From Chthonomonadales bacterium (lineage in GTDB: Bacteria; Armatimonadota; Chthonomonadetes; Chthonomonadales; CAJBBX01): a stretch of DNA of 64,000 bases. The DNA is taken from NCBI GenBank assembly GCA_049967475.1, contig JBMFSQ010000004.1:102025-166024 (forward strand), given 5' to 3'. The position numbers and the translations under genes were made by a program. This document shows positions 41,153-51,447 of this stretch, piece after piece. Each line of letters opens with the position of its first letter. Positions within the stretch are counted from its first letter, which is position 1. Under the pieces are notes generated by a model. The model had not been told where the DNA came from and searched no databases. It saw nothing but the letters and a program-made list of their open reading frames with translations.

Positions 41153-41239
41153 TATCCCAAGCATCCCCGCTAACGGGTACGTGCACCCGTGCCTGCTGAG
41201 CGCAGCATCTGCACCGTTTGCAAAGCGAGGTGAGAGCAA

Positions 41240-41875
41240 ATGACGCGTGGCCTCACACCGAAACAGGAGCGCATCCTCAGTTACATCGAGGAATACACCA
41301 CGAAGACTGGGTATCCGCCTTCCATACGTGAGATTGGACACCATTTCGGCATCGCCAGTCTGCGCGGCGTTACCGTACACCTGGATGCGTTGGAGCGCAA
41401 GGGGTATATCAAGAGAGCCAGCACAGCCCGATCTATAACTATCGTCGGGCAGGAGCAGCAAGCCGCTCTGCGACGCGAAGTCATGATGCTTCCGCTTGTG
41501 GGCACGATTGCCGCCGGCGCGCCCATCACCGCATCGGAGAACATCGAAGGGTACATTCCCGTGCCTCAGGAGATTGTGCATAATGCGCCGGGAGCCTTTG
41601 TGCTCGAGGTGAAGGGTGACAGCATGGTGGGTGACCACATTCTGCCGCGGGATTTGGTGGTAATCCGCCCCCAGGCGACGGCTGAAAACGGAGACCTCGT
41701 GGCCTTTCTGCTGGGGGACGAGGCTACTGTGAAGCGCATCCGCTTCGAAGGGAAGCGCATCCTGCTCATGCCGTCCAATCCTGCCTATGAGCCGATTAGC
41801 GTACCACGGGACGGGGGCCGCGTTATCGGCAAGGTTATTGGGCTGGTGCGCAAGTACCACAACGGCGGCCACTGA
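41240..41875 (+). CDS. lexA: SOS repressor LexA
   Basis: GYPPSIREI, HLDALERKGY, IAAGAP cleavage site, GDSM (Ser), ATVKR (Lys). Confidence 0.96.
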   Translation: MTRGLTPKQERILSYIEEYTTKTGYPPSIREIGHHFGIASLRGVTVHLDALERKGYIKRASTARSITIVGQEQQAALRREVMMLPLVGTIAAGAPITASENIEGYIPVPQEIVHNAPGAFVLEVKGDSMVGDHILPRDLVVIRPQATAENGDLVAFLLGDEATVKRIRFEGKRILLMPSNPAYEPISVPRDGGRVIGKVIGLVRKYHNGGH

Positions 41876-41896
41876 AGCACGTAGACATCACGGGCC

Positions 41897-42574
41897 TCAC
41901 GCCTTCGTGTGGATGGGCGGCGGAGCTGCGTAGATCGGTACCAATGCGATCGGGTCGTCTGCGGCGCCCTCCGTAAGCCGCTGGATTGCGATCGTGGCCA
42001 CGGTACTGGCTCGGGCAGGATGGGCGTCCGCCGCAACCAATTCCAGGTTGAACTGCTCGCGGAGCGCTCGTGCGAATTGCGGGGCGTACTCGCCGCACAA
42101 GAAAACGCCTTCCATGCTCCCCAATGTGGCTGCAGCCTCCTGCAACGTGTAGAGCGACCCTTCGCGAAGCGGTGAAAGCTTCCCGCCTGCGCCAAAGAAA
42201 GCCAGGCATACCATTCCCGGGCGGCTGCGAACTACGGGCACGAGGAGTGCATCCCGCACCATTCGGTATGGCCAGGCCAGCGCCTCCAATGTGGGGATCC
42301 CCGCAAGAGGCACTCCAAGAACGTCGGCCATCACCTTCGCTACGGTAACGCCTACCCGTACCCCTGTGAAGGACCCTGGACCTAGCGATACCGCGATGCC
42401 GTTGAGATCCGCGCGTTCGACGCCGGCATCGGACAGCACCTCCGCGATGTCGCCCATGAGGCGCTGGGACAGCTTCATGCGGTGGCGGAATGTGCGTTCT
42501 TCTATAACCCCGGCATCGTCCGCTACGGCAACGCTGCACAGGTCGGAAGTGGTTTCCAGCGCCAATACTAGCAT
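41897..42574 (-). CDS. tsaB: t6A biosynthesis protein TsaB
   Basis: LALETTS, GPGSFTGVRVG, LVPIY. Confidence 0.93.
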   Translation of the reverse strand: MLVLALETTSDLCSVAVADDAGVIEERTFRHRMKLSQRLMGDIAEVLSDAGVERADLNGIAVSLGPGSFTGVRVGVTVAKVMADVLGVPLAGIPTLEALAWPYRMVRDALLVPVVRSRPGMVCLAFFGAGGKLSPLREGSLYTLQEAAATLGSMEGVFLCGEYAPQFARALREQFNLELVAADAHPARASTVATIAIQRLTEGAADDPIALVPIYAAPPPIHTKA

Positions 42575-43056
42575 GGAGCAAGCTCTTCTACGGCCCGCAG
42601 GAGCCTCTGTCCTCCGGCGCCATGGGCCTCCAATCGGACTACACGCCGGTCCTCGCCCGCCATCGTTATGGTGATGTGGAGATACGAGGAGGGAAGGAGG
42701 CTGCCGAGCCGGTCCGCCCATTCGATGGCCAGCAGTCCCTCTCCGTCGAGGAGATCCGTGATACCCAGGTCCTCTAGATGCTCTTGGCTGTTAATCCGGT
42801 ACAGATCCACGTGATACAGGAGCATTCTGCCTCCGCGGAGTTCGTGGATTAGGGTAAAGGTAGGGCTTGTTGCCGGGATGGGGATCCCGAGCCCCTCCGC
42901 CACACCTTGGACGAGCGTCGTCTTGCCGGATCCTAAGGATCCCTCCAGGAGGATGGCATCTCCCGGCTCCGCGCGCGCTGCGATGGCCGTGCCGATCCGC
43001 CGGGTCACTTGCGCCGATGAGGAAGAAACAGTGATCACAGATCCATTATTGCACAC
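42568..43056 (-). CDS. tsaE: t6A biosynthesis ATPase TsaE
   Basis: GSLGSGKTT, TSPTFTL, HVDLYR, IEW. Confidence 0.94.
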   Translation of the reverse strand: MCNNGSVITVSSSSAQVTRRIGTAIAARAEPGDAILLEGSLGSGKTTLVQGVAEGLGIPIPATSPTFTLIHELRGGRMLLYHVDLYRINSQEHLEDLGITDLLDGEGLLAIEWADRLGSLLPSSYLHITITMAGEDRRVVRLEAHGAGGQRLLRAVEELAPC

Positions 43057-43160
43057 GGGTGCACGGCGCGCGGAAGGCGGTAACCGGCGCCCGTTCTACG
43101 CGCACATCCTTGAGGTTCCGTGCCGCGTGCCGGTTGCCGCGGGATGCACGGAGGCGCTCT

Positions 43161-44552
43161 TCACGCAGGAGTAGGAGGCGCAGGCGGCGCAGCGCTGTAG
43201 GCGGGGAGGGCCCCGGCCATCAGAAAGGCTGCGCTCAAAAGGATCAGCAAGGCCGTGATGCCGATGAACGCGGCCGCTTGCCTGGCTCGGGGAACGACGG
43301 CGGAAACGCCCATGGCAAGGAGCGTGCTCATGGGCGCCAGGGCCGGATAGAGATACCGTCCTTGCGCCTGGAAGTACACCCACACGAACGCGCCGAAGGC
43401 ACCTACAACCAGTGCGATCAACAGAATGGCGGGGAGCAGGCGGCCCGGATCCCATTGGCGCTTCAGACCCTTGGCAGCCAGAAGCCGCACCCATCCCAGG
43501 GCGCCGGTGAGGCCGATGAGGGCAAAGAGCAGGTAGAACTGCGGCGGCATGAAGTATGGAATACCCAAACGCGCCGGCCTGCCTGGGGGCGTATAGGCGC
43601 CGAAAAAGGTGCGGAACGTCCAATTGGCCACTGTGGCGAGGTATTCGGCGCGACCCATGGATCCGGCAGGGTAGGCGGTTCCGCTCCAAAGGTCTGCAGC
43701 AAAGCCGCGCCCTTCCAGAAAGTTCGTTGCCCTCATCGTGCCCGCGAATTCCTGATGGAACGTGTGGAGCGGTATCACCTCTCCCGTAAGCGCCGCCATA
43801 TGGTGCAGCCACGGAAGGCTGATGATTGCCGCCAGAACCAGGCTGGAGAAGCCGAGCAAATATCCCTTTGGTGATGCGTGGTGCCGGCAGCCGGCCAGAA
43901 CCACGGCCGCCGCGGTTACGGGAGCCAGCAGCAGGGCGCTGCTCTTGGCCAGGAACGAGGCCCCGAGTACGATCCCCAGCAGGGCGAGCTGCCCGAAGCG
44001 AAGCCCATGAGCCACAATTCGGATGCACAGCAGGAGGGTGAGCGTGAAGCAAAGTTCGGTGAGAGCATCGTTGTTTGCCGCCCCATACACCGCCTGACGC
44101 ATGGGAAGGAATGCCGCCAGACCCGTAGCAAAGAGAGCTGTTTCGGGCGATCCCGGATCTAGGGTCCGGGCAAACAAGAAGAGGCACACCAGGGCAAAGA
44201 GGCCAAGCAGTATGGAAAGGCCCCGCACGGCATGGGGACCGAAGCGAAACAGAGGCGCCGCCAGGAGGTAGTACAACGGCGGCTGGTGCCATTCGTACGT
44301 GGCGAAGGGGCCGGAAGGCGTGGGCAGCCCTTTGCCCAAAGCCAGGGATCTTACGTAGGCCAGATGCGCTGCCTCATCCGGGGCGTTGATGTAATTGGTG
44401 GCCGCATCCGGGGCTACCGGCGTCACTACAGCGTGGCAGGCGGAGAACAGCGCATAGAGCCCTAGAATTGCTGCGAGGATCATCCCCTGGGTGCGCCTAT
44501 GGGGATGCCTATCGGCGTCCGTGGGAGTGACCGGCTGAGGAGCACGCTTCAT
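43161..44552 (-). CDS. GT-C fold membrane glycosyltransferase (GT39/PMT-like)
   Basis: APDEAAH, HQPPLYY, NNDAL, QAQGRYLYP; polytopic. Confidence 0.78.
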   Translation of the reverse strand: MKRAPQPVTPTDADRHPHRRTQGMILAAILGLYALFSACHAVVTPVAPDAATNYINAPDEAAHLAYVRSLALGKGLPTPSGPFATYEWHQPPLYYLLAAPLFRFGPHAVRGLSILLGLFALVCLFLFARTLDPGSPETALFATGLAAFLPMRQAVYGAANNDALTELCFTLTLLLCIRIVAHGLRFGQLALLGIVLGASFLAKSSALLLAPVTAAAVVLAGCRHHASPKGYLLGFSSLVLAAIISLPWLHHMAALTGEVIPLHTFHQEFAGTMRATNFLEGRGFAADLWSGTAYPAGSMGRAEYLATVANWTFRTFFGAYTPPGRPARLGIPYFMPPQFYLLFALIGLTGALGWVRLLAAKGLKRQWDPGRLLPAILLIALVVGAFGAFVWVYFQAQGRYLYPALAPMSTLLAMGVSAVVPRARQAAAFIGITALLILLSAAFLMAGALPAYSAAPPAPPTPA

Positions 44553-46672
44553 TAGCGGCCCTCCCGCGGGGTGAAACGCAGCACGACGGTAGCGCGGGAA
44601 CAGGCTTCCGGGATGGGTACCGCGGCACCAGTGCGCATGGCGTCGCCCACGAGAGCTCTCCATTTCTCGCCTTGTTGGCGCTCGGGCGCATACCATTCCA
44701 TGGCGAGGCGAGGCGTGGTGCCGTTCTGAACCGCCTCTATGAGCGCCATGCGGGCATCTGGGCCATCGTTGGCGGGAGCGAATTGCAGATTGAGAATGGC
44801 GTATTGGATTGCGTGCGCGAGGAACCAATCAGCCATATCGCGCCCGGAATGAAAGCGTTCGTAAGGGATATAGGCAGAATGCGGGCTGTTTCCCCAGAGG
44901 TAAGGCCGATCGAGGTAGAAGCCGCGAGTGTCCTCGAAGAGTACTACGCCGGCATCTTTAGGAGTGTGTTGATTGATCCACATCTCCGCGCCATAGCAGT
45001 TCACGCTGCGCTCGAGGTATTCTTCGCGGGCAGAAGCGTCGGATGCCCGGATCCATTGTGCGGGCAGTGTCGGTCCGTAGTAGAGCAGCGTAAACAGGAA
45101 CTGCACTACAACGGCGGCCCCTACGGCACCCCCGAAGACACGTCGGCCTTCGACCAGGGATTCCGCTGCAGCACCCCCGATGAGCGACGCCAGGGCCAAT
45201 ACGGGGATCAAATAACGCACATACTGCATGGAGAGATCCCACGCAAGAAACCACAACAGGGCAATTGCGGCGAGGATTGCAAAGGCCTTGCAGGGGATCA
45301 GCCGTCTTCGGGTTAATAACGCCAGCGGCGCCAGGCTCAGCCACAGGAAGCCCAGATGTGTGCGCACGCCGGGATCATTGTGATTGTAGAAGAGCGACGG
45401 GAGCGCCACCAGGTCGAACGGAGCCAATATTAGATTGCGCAGGCGCTGAGCGACCGAAGGCTTGGAGTATACAGCCGCCAGACCATTGGCGTCGTCGGCT
45501 ACGGTGGTTCGGTTGCCGCTCTGACCGAAGCTTTGCTGTTCCGCGGCGTACGCGGCTGCCCGGTCGGCGCTCCAGTCTCGGCCGCCAAAGATGCGGTACG
45601 CGAAGGGATACACGGGATTGCCGGTCCAAATCCAGGATTTGATGTAGAAGGGCGAGCCTACCGCAAGAGCGATCCCAACAAAGAGGCCCCACCGCTTCAG
45701 ACCGGGGCGCAGGAAGCCTAGAATGAGCGCGGAGGCCGCAAAGGGGATCAGCGCCAGGGCTTTTACCGAGAGGGCGAAACCTGCCAGCACGCCTGCAAGG
45801 GCAATCCAGGAGGGAAGTCGGCTCTCCTCGTACCGAAGCAGGGCAGCGATGGACGCCAGGGAGAAAAGGGTGAGCCCAAGTTCAATGTACGCGGAACCCG
45901 CCTCCCATACGACAATGGGTGCCGTCGCAAAGACCAAGGCCGCAAGAGCGGCTGCGGCCGGCCCGAAATAGCGCCTGCCCATAGTCCAAAGGAGCACGAT
46001 GCAAAGAACGCCCATGGAGAAGTGCATGAGGTTTGCCAACGCGTAACCCTGAAGCAATAGACCTGCCGTGAAGAGCATCTCCACCGTGAAGGGGAAATTG
46101 CTGTGGTGGTCCGTCGGAAGATAGACGATGCGGTGCTGGCGGATAAAGACTTTGGGTGCGGCGAGGTGGTACGAAAGCGCGTCCCATTCGTGGGCGCCCG
46201 GTGGGACGAAGCAGTTGATCATGGCGATGAGGGCCAGTACGAGGAGCGCTGCGACCGCCGTCGCAACAACGAGGCGAGAACCGAAGGCGGCAGGATTGGT
46301 TCCGCCGGAGTGCAGGTCTGCGCGGCCAGGCGTGTCCCCGGCAGACAATGCGCAGGGTTCATTCTCCTTGGTAGGCCGACCAGGTAGAAAGTTGGGGAAG
46401 GGATCCCGGATCCTTGCCTTTCCCACGCCGATGAGGACTGCCGCAGACGCACATCCGAGAACCGCAGTCAGCGCGAAAAGACCACCCGCAGTGAGCTGGC
46501 CCGCAAGGCCGATGGCGAGGACGCCGTAGGCAATCACGCCCAGGCCGAGGGCTGTGGCGTAGGCTATTCGCTCGCCCGCGCGATCCAATTTGACGGCAAG
46601 GCTTCGGAGCACTGCAAGCCCTACCCCATGGGCCAATGCGAGAATGCAGAGGGCCTCGGCGATTGCCATCAT
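44552..46672 (-). CDS. Large GT-C fold (ArnT/PMT-like) membrane protein
   Basis: WDALSYHL, SNFP, TGNPVYPF, RYLIP; many TMs. Confidence 0.75.
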   Translation of the reverse strand: MMAIAEALCILALAHGVGLAVLRSLAVKLDRAGERIAYATALGLGVIAYGVLAIGLAGQLTAGGLFALTAVLGCASAAVLIGVGKARIRDPFPNFLPGRPTKENEPCALSAGDTPGRADLHSGGTNPAAFGSRLVVATAVAALLVLALIAMINCFVPPGAHEWDALSYHLAAPKVFIRQHRIVYLPTDHHSNFPFTVEMLFTAGLLLQGYALANLMHFSMGVLCIVLLWTMGRRYFGPAAAALAALVFATAPIVVWEAGSAYIELGLTLFSLASIAALLRYEESRLPSWIALAGVLAGFALSVKALALIPFAASALILGFLRPGLKRWGLFVGIALAVGSPFYIKSWIWTGNPVYPFAYRIFGGRDWSADRAAAYAAEQQSFGQSGNRTTVADDANGLAAVYSKPSVAQRLRNLILAPFDLVALPSLFYNHNDPGVRTHLGFLWLSLAPLALLTRRRLIPCKAFAILAAIALLWFLAWDLSMQYVRYLIPVLALASLIGGAAAESLVEGRRVFGGAVGAAVVVQFLFTLLYYGPTLPAQWIRASDASAREEYLERSVNCYGAEMWINQHTPKDAGVVLFEDTRGFYLDRPYLWGNSPHSAYIPYERFHSGRDMADWFLAHAIQYAILNLQFAPANDGPDARMALIEAVQNGTTPRLAMEWYAPERQQGEKWRALVGDAMRTGAAVPIPEACSRATVVLRFTPREGR

Positions 46673-47400
46673 AGCGTTTCGACGACTGCGTGGGATGCCG
46701 GGGAACTCTCGTTCCATTGCACCGTCACGATGCCCAGGAAGCGGGCGTGGCTTCCTGCCTGAACGATGAGGGTGCTGTCTATCAATTCGCCATGTTCCAA
46801 GAGCGCATGGGTATGCCCTCCCACGATGAGGTTGATGCCCGGAACGCTGGAGGCGAGTTCGCGGTCTATTCGCAGACCCAAGTGGCTGATGCAAATCAGA
46901 TAATCACAGCGTTGCCGGAGGGAGGGGACGAGTTGGCGAGCTGTAGCGATGGGATCTGCGAAAACATAGGCGGAAGCGTGCCGCACTTTCATGCGTTCCG
47001 TGATCATGGGTACCGTTAGGCCGAATGCCACGACCGTTTTTCCCTCCACGGACCATTGCGCCCAGGGCACTACGGGCAGGTTTGCGGAGGGTGCGCGGGG
47101 ATGGACATTTGCGCAAAGCACCGGGAAGCGCGCCCGGCTCAGCTTTGCGTGGAAGCCTGCGGCTGTGAAGTGGAACTCCCGGTTGCCTACCACCATGGCA
47201 TCATAGGCAGCGCCAGACATGAGATCCAGGATCGGCTCGCCACCCGGATGAAACGTTAGATTTCCGGCGGCTACCGCATCGCCTGCATCGAGGAGCAAAT
47301 GAGCTTGTAAGGATTTGCGGCGCTCCACGATGCGTTGTGCCTTTTGCGGGGTCAGTCGGTTATGGAAGTCGTTGGTATGAAGGATGACGAGGGGGCTCAC
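46669..47400 (-). CDS. Calcineurin-like metallophosphoesterase (5'-nucleotidase N-terminal domain only)
   Basis: HTNDFH, DAGD, GNRE, SHLG, GGHTH; GTG start overlapping the kdsC stop. Confidence 0.85.
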   Translation of the reverse strand: MSPLVILHTNDFHNRLTPQKAQRIVERRKSLQAHLLLDAGDAVAAGNLTFHPGGEPILDLMSGAAYDAMVVGNREFHFTAAGFHAKLSRARFPVLCANVHPRAPSANLPVVPWAQWSVEGKTVVAFGLTVPMITERMKVRHASAYVFADPIATARQLVPSLRQRCDYLICISHLGLRIDRELASSVPGINLIVGGHTHALLEHGELIDSTLIVQAGSHARFLGIVTVQWNESSPASHAVVETL

Positions 47401-47972
47401 GACTGCATCCTCATAAGGTCCGACAGATAAGTAGTGACGGCGTCGGTCCAGAGGTTCTTGGCTTTGAGGATGGCATCGCACACTTCGCGCACAGCGCCGT
47501 AGCCCCCAGCACGTTCTGTGACGAAGTCGGCTAAGGCTTTGACCTCCATTACGGCGTTTGCAGGAGCGAATTTAACGCCGGCAAGGGAGTATGCCGGAAG
47601 ATCGTTGAGATCATCACCCATATAGGCGATGTTGGATTGCGAAAGGGCGTATGAGGCCATGAGGTCTGCGAGGACGACGGATTTGTTTCGCGCTCCTTGA
47701 TAGAGGCGCGTAACTCCGAGCTCGCGTGCGCGGTGTTCCACCGAAGGGCTCTCCCGCCCCGAGATCCATGCCACGAGGATGCCCGCGCAGAGGAGGAGGC
47801 GAATACCTACTCCGTCGGAGGCATCGAAGCGTTTGATCTCTCCATCACCTGCGAGTATGATGGAACCGTCCGTAAGAACGCCATCTACGTCAAGCGCAAG
47901 GAGGCGGATCGCGGCGAGCCTTTGGACCGGCGAGGCATCGGGTGCTGCTTGAGGCTGGTCATCTGTTGGCAT
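47397..47972 (-). CDS. kdsC: KDO 8-phosphate phosphatase (HAD, YrbI family)
   Basis: LDVDGVLTDG, ISGR, YMGDDLND, GGYGAVRE. Confidence 0.92.
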   Translation of the reverse strand: MPTDDQPQAAPDASPVQRLAAIRLLALDVDGVLTDGSIILAGDGEIKRFDASDGVGIRLLLCAGILVAWISGRESPSVEHRARELGVTRLYQGARNKSVVLADLMASYALSQSNIAYMGDDLNDLPAYSLAGVKFAPANAVMEVKALADFVTERAGGYGAVREVCDAILKAKNLWTDAVTTYLSDLMRMQS

Positions 47973-48092
47973 GGACGTTTCCCGATGTTCTCCTTCGGGA
48001 GGATGTGCTCCGGCCCTCACTGGGCGGTTGCACGTACGTTTGGCGCGGCCTGGGTCTGAACGCGCGTTGACCCATGGCTCCCGGGTGCGCTC

Positions 48093-49067
48093 CTAGACGA
48101 TGCCGGCGCGCACCAGATCCTTGAGCATTACGATGCCTACAGGTCGGCCCTCCGCATCCAGCACGGGCGCCTCTCCGATCTTCACGGGATGCTCTTCGAA
48201 AAGGGCCAGGGCTTCGGCAGCGAGGGGATTGCCTTCGATTACGAAGGGTTTCGGCTTCATTACGTCCGCCACCGGGTGGGAAAGGCTCTTCTCGTCTTTC
48301 AGGATTGCGCGGCGGATATCCCCATCGGTAATGATGCCGCAGAGCCGCCCGGCGTCATCCACCACCAGGGCAGCGCCGGCGCCCGCATCGGAGATGGCGA
48401 ACATGGCGTCCCGAAGGAGGCGGTCCGACGTGACCACAGCCATCTGGGCGCCCGTACGCATCACGTCGCTCACACGGAGTGTCAATTTCCTGCCAAGCGC
48501 ACCCGCCGGGTGTGTCCGGGCAAAGTCCTCCCGAGTGAACCCCCTGGCCTCCATAACCGCCAACGCAAGCGCATCGCCCAATGCAAGCATGGCTGCCGTG
48601 CTGGTGGTGGGCGCCAGCCCCAAAGGGCAGGCCTCCGACGGGACGGACACGTTGAGGATGATGTGTGCTGCCAAGGCCAAAGTAGAGGCCGGGTTGCCCG
48701 TTACGGCGATGAGCCGCGCGCAGATGCGGCGCAGCGAGGGCAGCAACCGCAACACTTCGTCGCTCTCGCCGCTATAAGAAAGGGCAATCACCACGTCCTC
48801 CGGGGTGACCACTCCCAGATCCCCATGGACGCCCTCTGCAGGATGGAGGAACAGAGCCGGAGTTCCCGTGGACGAGAGCGTAGCGGCCATTTTGCGTGCT
48901 ACCGCCCCAGCCTTGCCCACTCCCGTTGTAATGACCCGGCCGCGGCAATCGAGCAGCGTCTCAGCAGCGCGAACGAAATCGCCGCCCAGGCGGTCGGCCA
49001 AAGCTGCAATGGCGTGCGCCTCTTCTCGAAGGACCGTCTTTCCCCGTTCCAGAACCGACATAGGCAT
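48093..49067 (-). CDS. kdsD: Arabinose-5-phosphate isomerase (KpsF/GutQ, SIS + CBS)
   Basis: TGVGK, HPAEGVHGDLG, SYSGES, EACPLGLAPTTST, HPAGALG, TDGD. Confidence 0.94.
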   Translation of the reverse strand: MPMSVLERGKTVLREEAHAIAALADRLGGDFVRAAETLLDCRGRVITTGVGKAGAVARKMAATLSSTGTPALFLHPAEGVHGDLGVVTPEDVVIALSYSGESDEVLRLLPSLRRICARLIAVTGNPASTLALAAHIILNVSVPSEACPLGLAPTTSTAAMLALGDALALAVMEARGFTREDFARTHPAGALGRKLTLRVSDVMRTGAQMAVVTSDRLLRDAMFAISDAGAGAALVVDDAGRLCGIITDGDIRRAILKDEKSLSHPVADVMKPKPFVIEGNPLAAEALALFEEHPVKIGEAPVLDAEGRPVGIVMLKDLVRAGIV

Positions 49068-49194
49068 GACGGAACTATTATAGCAGATGACGTGCTTCAC
49101 CCTGGTAAGCGGCAACCGGACACTATGGACACCGTGCGCCGTTCGTGTTATATTGGTGCAGAAGTGACGGAGCAAAACCGGTGCATCATCTGCG

Positions 49195-49611
49195 ATGTGT
49201 GTGGGATGCCTACCGAATTTGGTGGGCAGGGGGTTGAACGATCGTGTTTCCTCCGGGCTTGGACAATGGATTGTGGCGCTTCTGGCCGGCGCAGCGACGC
49301 TCGCAGTTCTGAGCTGGCTTCCTGTGCTGGGGCCACTCATAGCCGGTTTCGTAGCCGGGCTGATTGTGAGGGGAACGGAACGAGGGATGCTCGCGGGATG
49401 CCTCTGCAACGTTTTGAGCGTCCTCATTGTGAGTGGTTTACTGGCAGTATTCGGCAGTGCCGTCGGGGGCGCTTTGGGCGGTGTGTCGGGATCGGTCGCG
49501 GGGCTGTTGGCAGGTTCCGGTGTGGGCATCCTTCTGTTGGTGGGCAGTTTGGCCGGCGGTGTGCTGGGTTTAGCCGGAAGGGCTTTGGGTGGGTACCTGC
49601 GCCGCTGGTGA
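49195..49611 (+). CDS. Small Gly-rich membrane protein (DUF5518-like)
   Basis: LPVLGPLIAGFVAG pattern; start uncertain. Confidence 0.6.
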   Translation: MCVGCLPNLVGRGLNDRVSSGLGQWIVALLAGAATLAVLSWLPVLGPLIAGFVAGLIVRGTERGMLAGCLCNVLSVLIVSGLLAVFGSAVGGALGGVSGSVAGLLAGSGVGILLLVGSLAGGVLGLAGRALGGYLRRW

Positions 49612-51447
49612 AGCTGCGTTACCGGAGAGTTCCTTCCGGAGCAATCCATCACGGATGCGTAACGTCACCGGGTCGGCGTCGGGGAGCAAAAGCAATCGCC
49701 CATCGCTGCTCCTGGATCCGACCCTTACCGTGATTTGCGCTTCTTCCATTCCTCTCTTGACGGTCATGACTACGCTCTGGCCAGGTTGGAGGCGCGCAAC
49801 CGCATCACGGATGCTGGCGGCATTCACGGGCGCACCGTCCATCGCCGCCAGGACGTCGCCCGGCTGGATACCGGCCTGAGCCGCCGGGGATGCGCCATCT
49901 ACAGCCTCCACTACAGCGGGGGAACCTCCATCCAGGGGACAGACGACGCCAAGGTAGGGCTCCGGATGATCCGGCCCGCCCAGGGCTAACCCCGCGCGGC
50001 CGAGAACTTCGTTCCATGAAATGCGAGCCGGCGCCTTGATACAGCGGTTGTAGAGGGCGGAGAGGTCGCGCCCTGCCACCTTGTTCACGGCATCCAGAAT
50101 GGCGGTCTCGGGATAGGCCCGGTTGGCGGATCCGTAGTCATGGTCCAGCAGGCGCATCACGTCGTCGAGGGATCGCCGGCCGGCGGTCGCGGCCCTTATC
50201 TCGATATCCAGCATGAAGCCGAGAACGCTGCCGGCTATATAATAATCGAGGCCGCCGTAGCCCATACTGCCTCCCTCCCATGCGCGGCGGCTCGCTTCCT
50301 CGGCCGAGATGCGCAAATGGGCTGGGTTGGTGTCGAATAACTCGATGCGGCGCGCCATTTCGCCAAGAAACTCTTCTGGCGTCGTGAGGTTGGCCATGCG
50401 CAGCAAGACTTGGCTGTAGTAGTCCGTAACCCCTTCGGCAAACCACAGCGATGGTGTGCGTACCTTTGTAGAGAGGTCGAAGGGGCCCAGTCCCACCGGG
50501 CGAATGCGTTTTACGTTCCACGCGTGGAAGTATTCGTGGGCGATGAGGGCGGCCCACGGATGGGCAGGGTTCGAGGGCGCCGAAGGCACATTGAGCACGC
50601 AGGAAGCGCGATGCTCCAGCCCGCCGCCGAAGCTGCCTACGGCAAAGTGGATGATGAACACGTAGCGCTTGAACGGAACCGAACCGAACAGCTTCATCCC
50701 GGCGCCCGCGATGCGCCGGATCGTGTCCTCCAGTGCTCCGCGGTCCACGGGTGATTGTCCAACCAACACCACAGAAAAGGGCACTTCGCTCACGCGGAAG
50801 TCCAATTGTTCCAGATCCCCCGATTGGATCGGTGCGTCAATGAGGTCTTCGTAGTTCTGCGCTTGGTACTCAGCCAAAGTGCCTTGGGAAGACGATCTCA
50901 CGGGGCCAAGCGGGTCTAGAGGTGCAACAACGCGCCAACCATTTGGCACGCGGATAGTGAGAGTGCACGGACGGTCCGCGCCGTTGATCACGTACAGGAA
51001 CGCCGCAGCTCCGTTGATGTAGGTGGAATGCGCATCCGCATGGCAGCGAAAGAAGCCGAAGCCCGGCTCCACGGCATTCACGTCGTAATCTACCCGGAAG
51101 GAGCTTGGGGAGGAGATCCGCCATGTGAGCGCATTCGGCTGTTCCACACGGAGCGTTTTGCCGTCTTTATCCGTAGCGCACAAATTGCGGATATCCTTGC
51201 TAAAGTCGAGGATCTGGTAATAACCCGGGGTCCAGGCGGGAATGGCCAAATCGGTAACACCGCCGGCGGCAGCCGGCACGTGCATCGTGATGTGGAGGGT
51301 GTGTGTGGCGGGATTGGAGGCATCCACGTTGTATCGGATCGCTTCCACGCCGCTCTGCTGCGCACAGAGGCATCGTTGTGGGAGCGCCGCCACTGCCAGC
51401 AGAATGAGGAAGGATGCGACCCGTCCGCTGAAGCGCTTGGATTGCAC
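49570..51447 (-). CDS. M61 glycyl aminopeptidase with PDZ domain
   Basis: PAWTPGYY, GGLEH, HEYFHAWNVKRIRP, LWFAEGVTDYY, SPAAQAGIQPGD. Confidence 0.93.
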   Translation of the reverse strand: MQSKRFSGRVASFLILLAVAALPQRCLCAQQSGVEAIRYNVDASNPATHTLHITMHVPAAAGGVTDLAIPAWTPGYYQILDFSKDIRNLCATDKDGKTLRVEQPNALTWRISSPSSFRVDYDVNAVEPGFGFFRCHADAHSTYINGAAAFLYVINGADRPCTLTIRVPNGWRVVAPLDPLGPVRSSSQGTLAEYQAQNYEDLIDAPIQSGDLEQLDFRVSEVPFSVVLVGQSPVDRGALEDTIRRIAGAGMKLFGSVPFKRYVFIIHFAVGSFGGGLEHRASCVLNVPSAPSNPAHPWAALIAHEYFHAWNVKRIRPVGLGPFDLSTKVRTPSLWFAEGVTDYYSQVLLRMANLTTPEEFLGEMARRIELFDTNPAHLRISAEEASRRAWEGGSMGYGGLDYYIAGSVLGFMLDIEIRAATAGRRSLDDVMRLLDHDYGSANRAYPETAILDAVNKVAGRDLSALYNRCIKAPARISWNEVLGRAGLALGGPDHPEPYLGVVCPLDGGSPAVVEAVDGASPAAQAGIQPGDVLAAMDGAPVNAASIRDAVARLQPGQSVVMTVKRGMEEAQITVRVGSRSSDGRLLLLPDADPVTLRIRDGLLRKELSGNAASPAAQVPTQSPSG

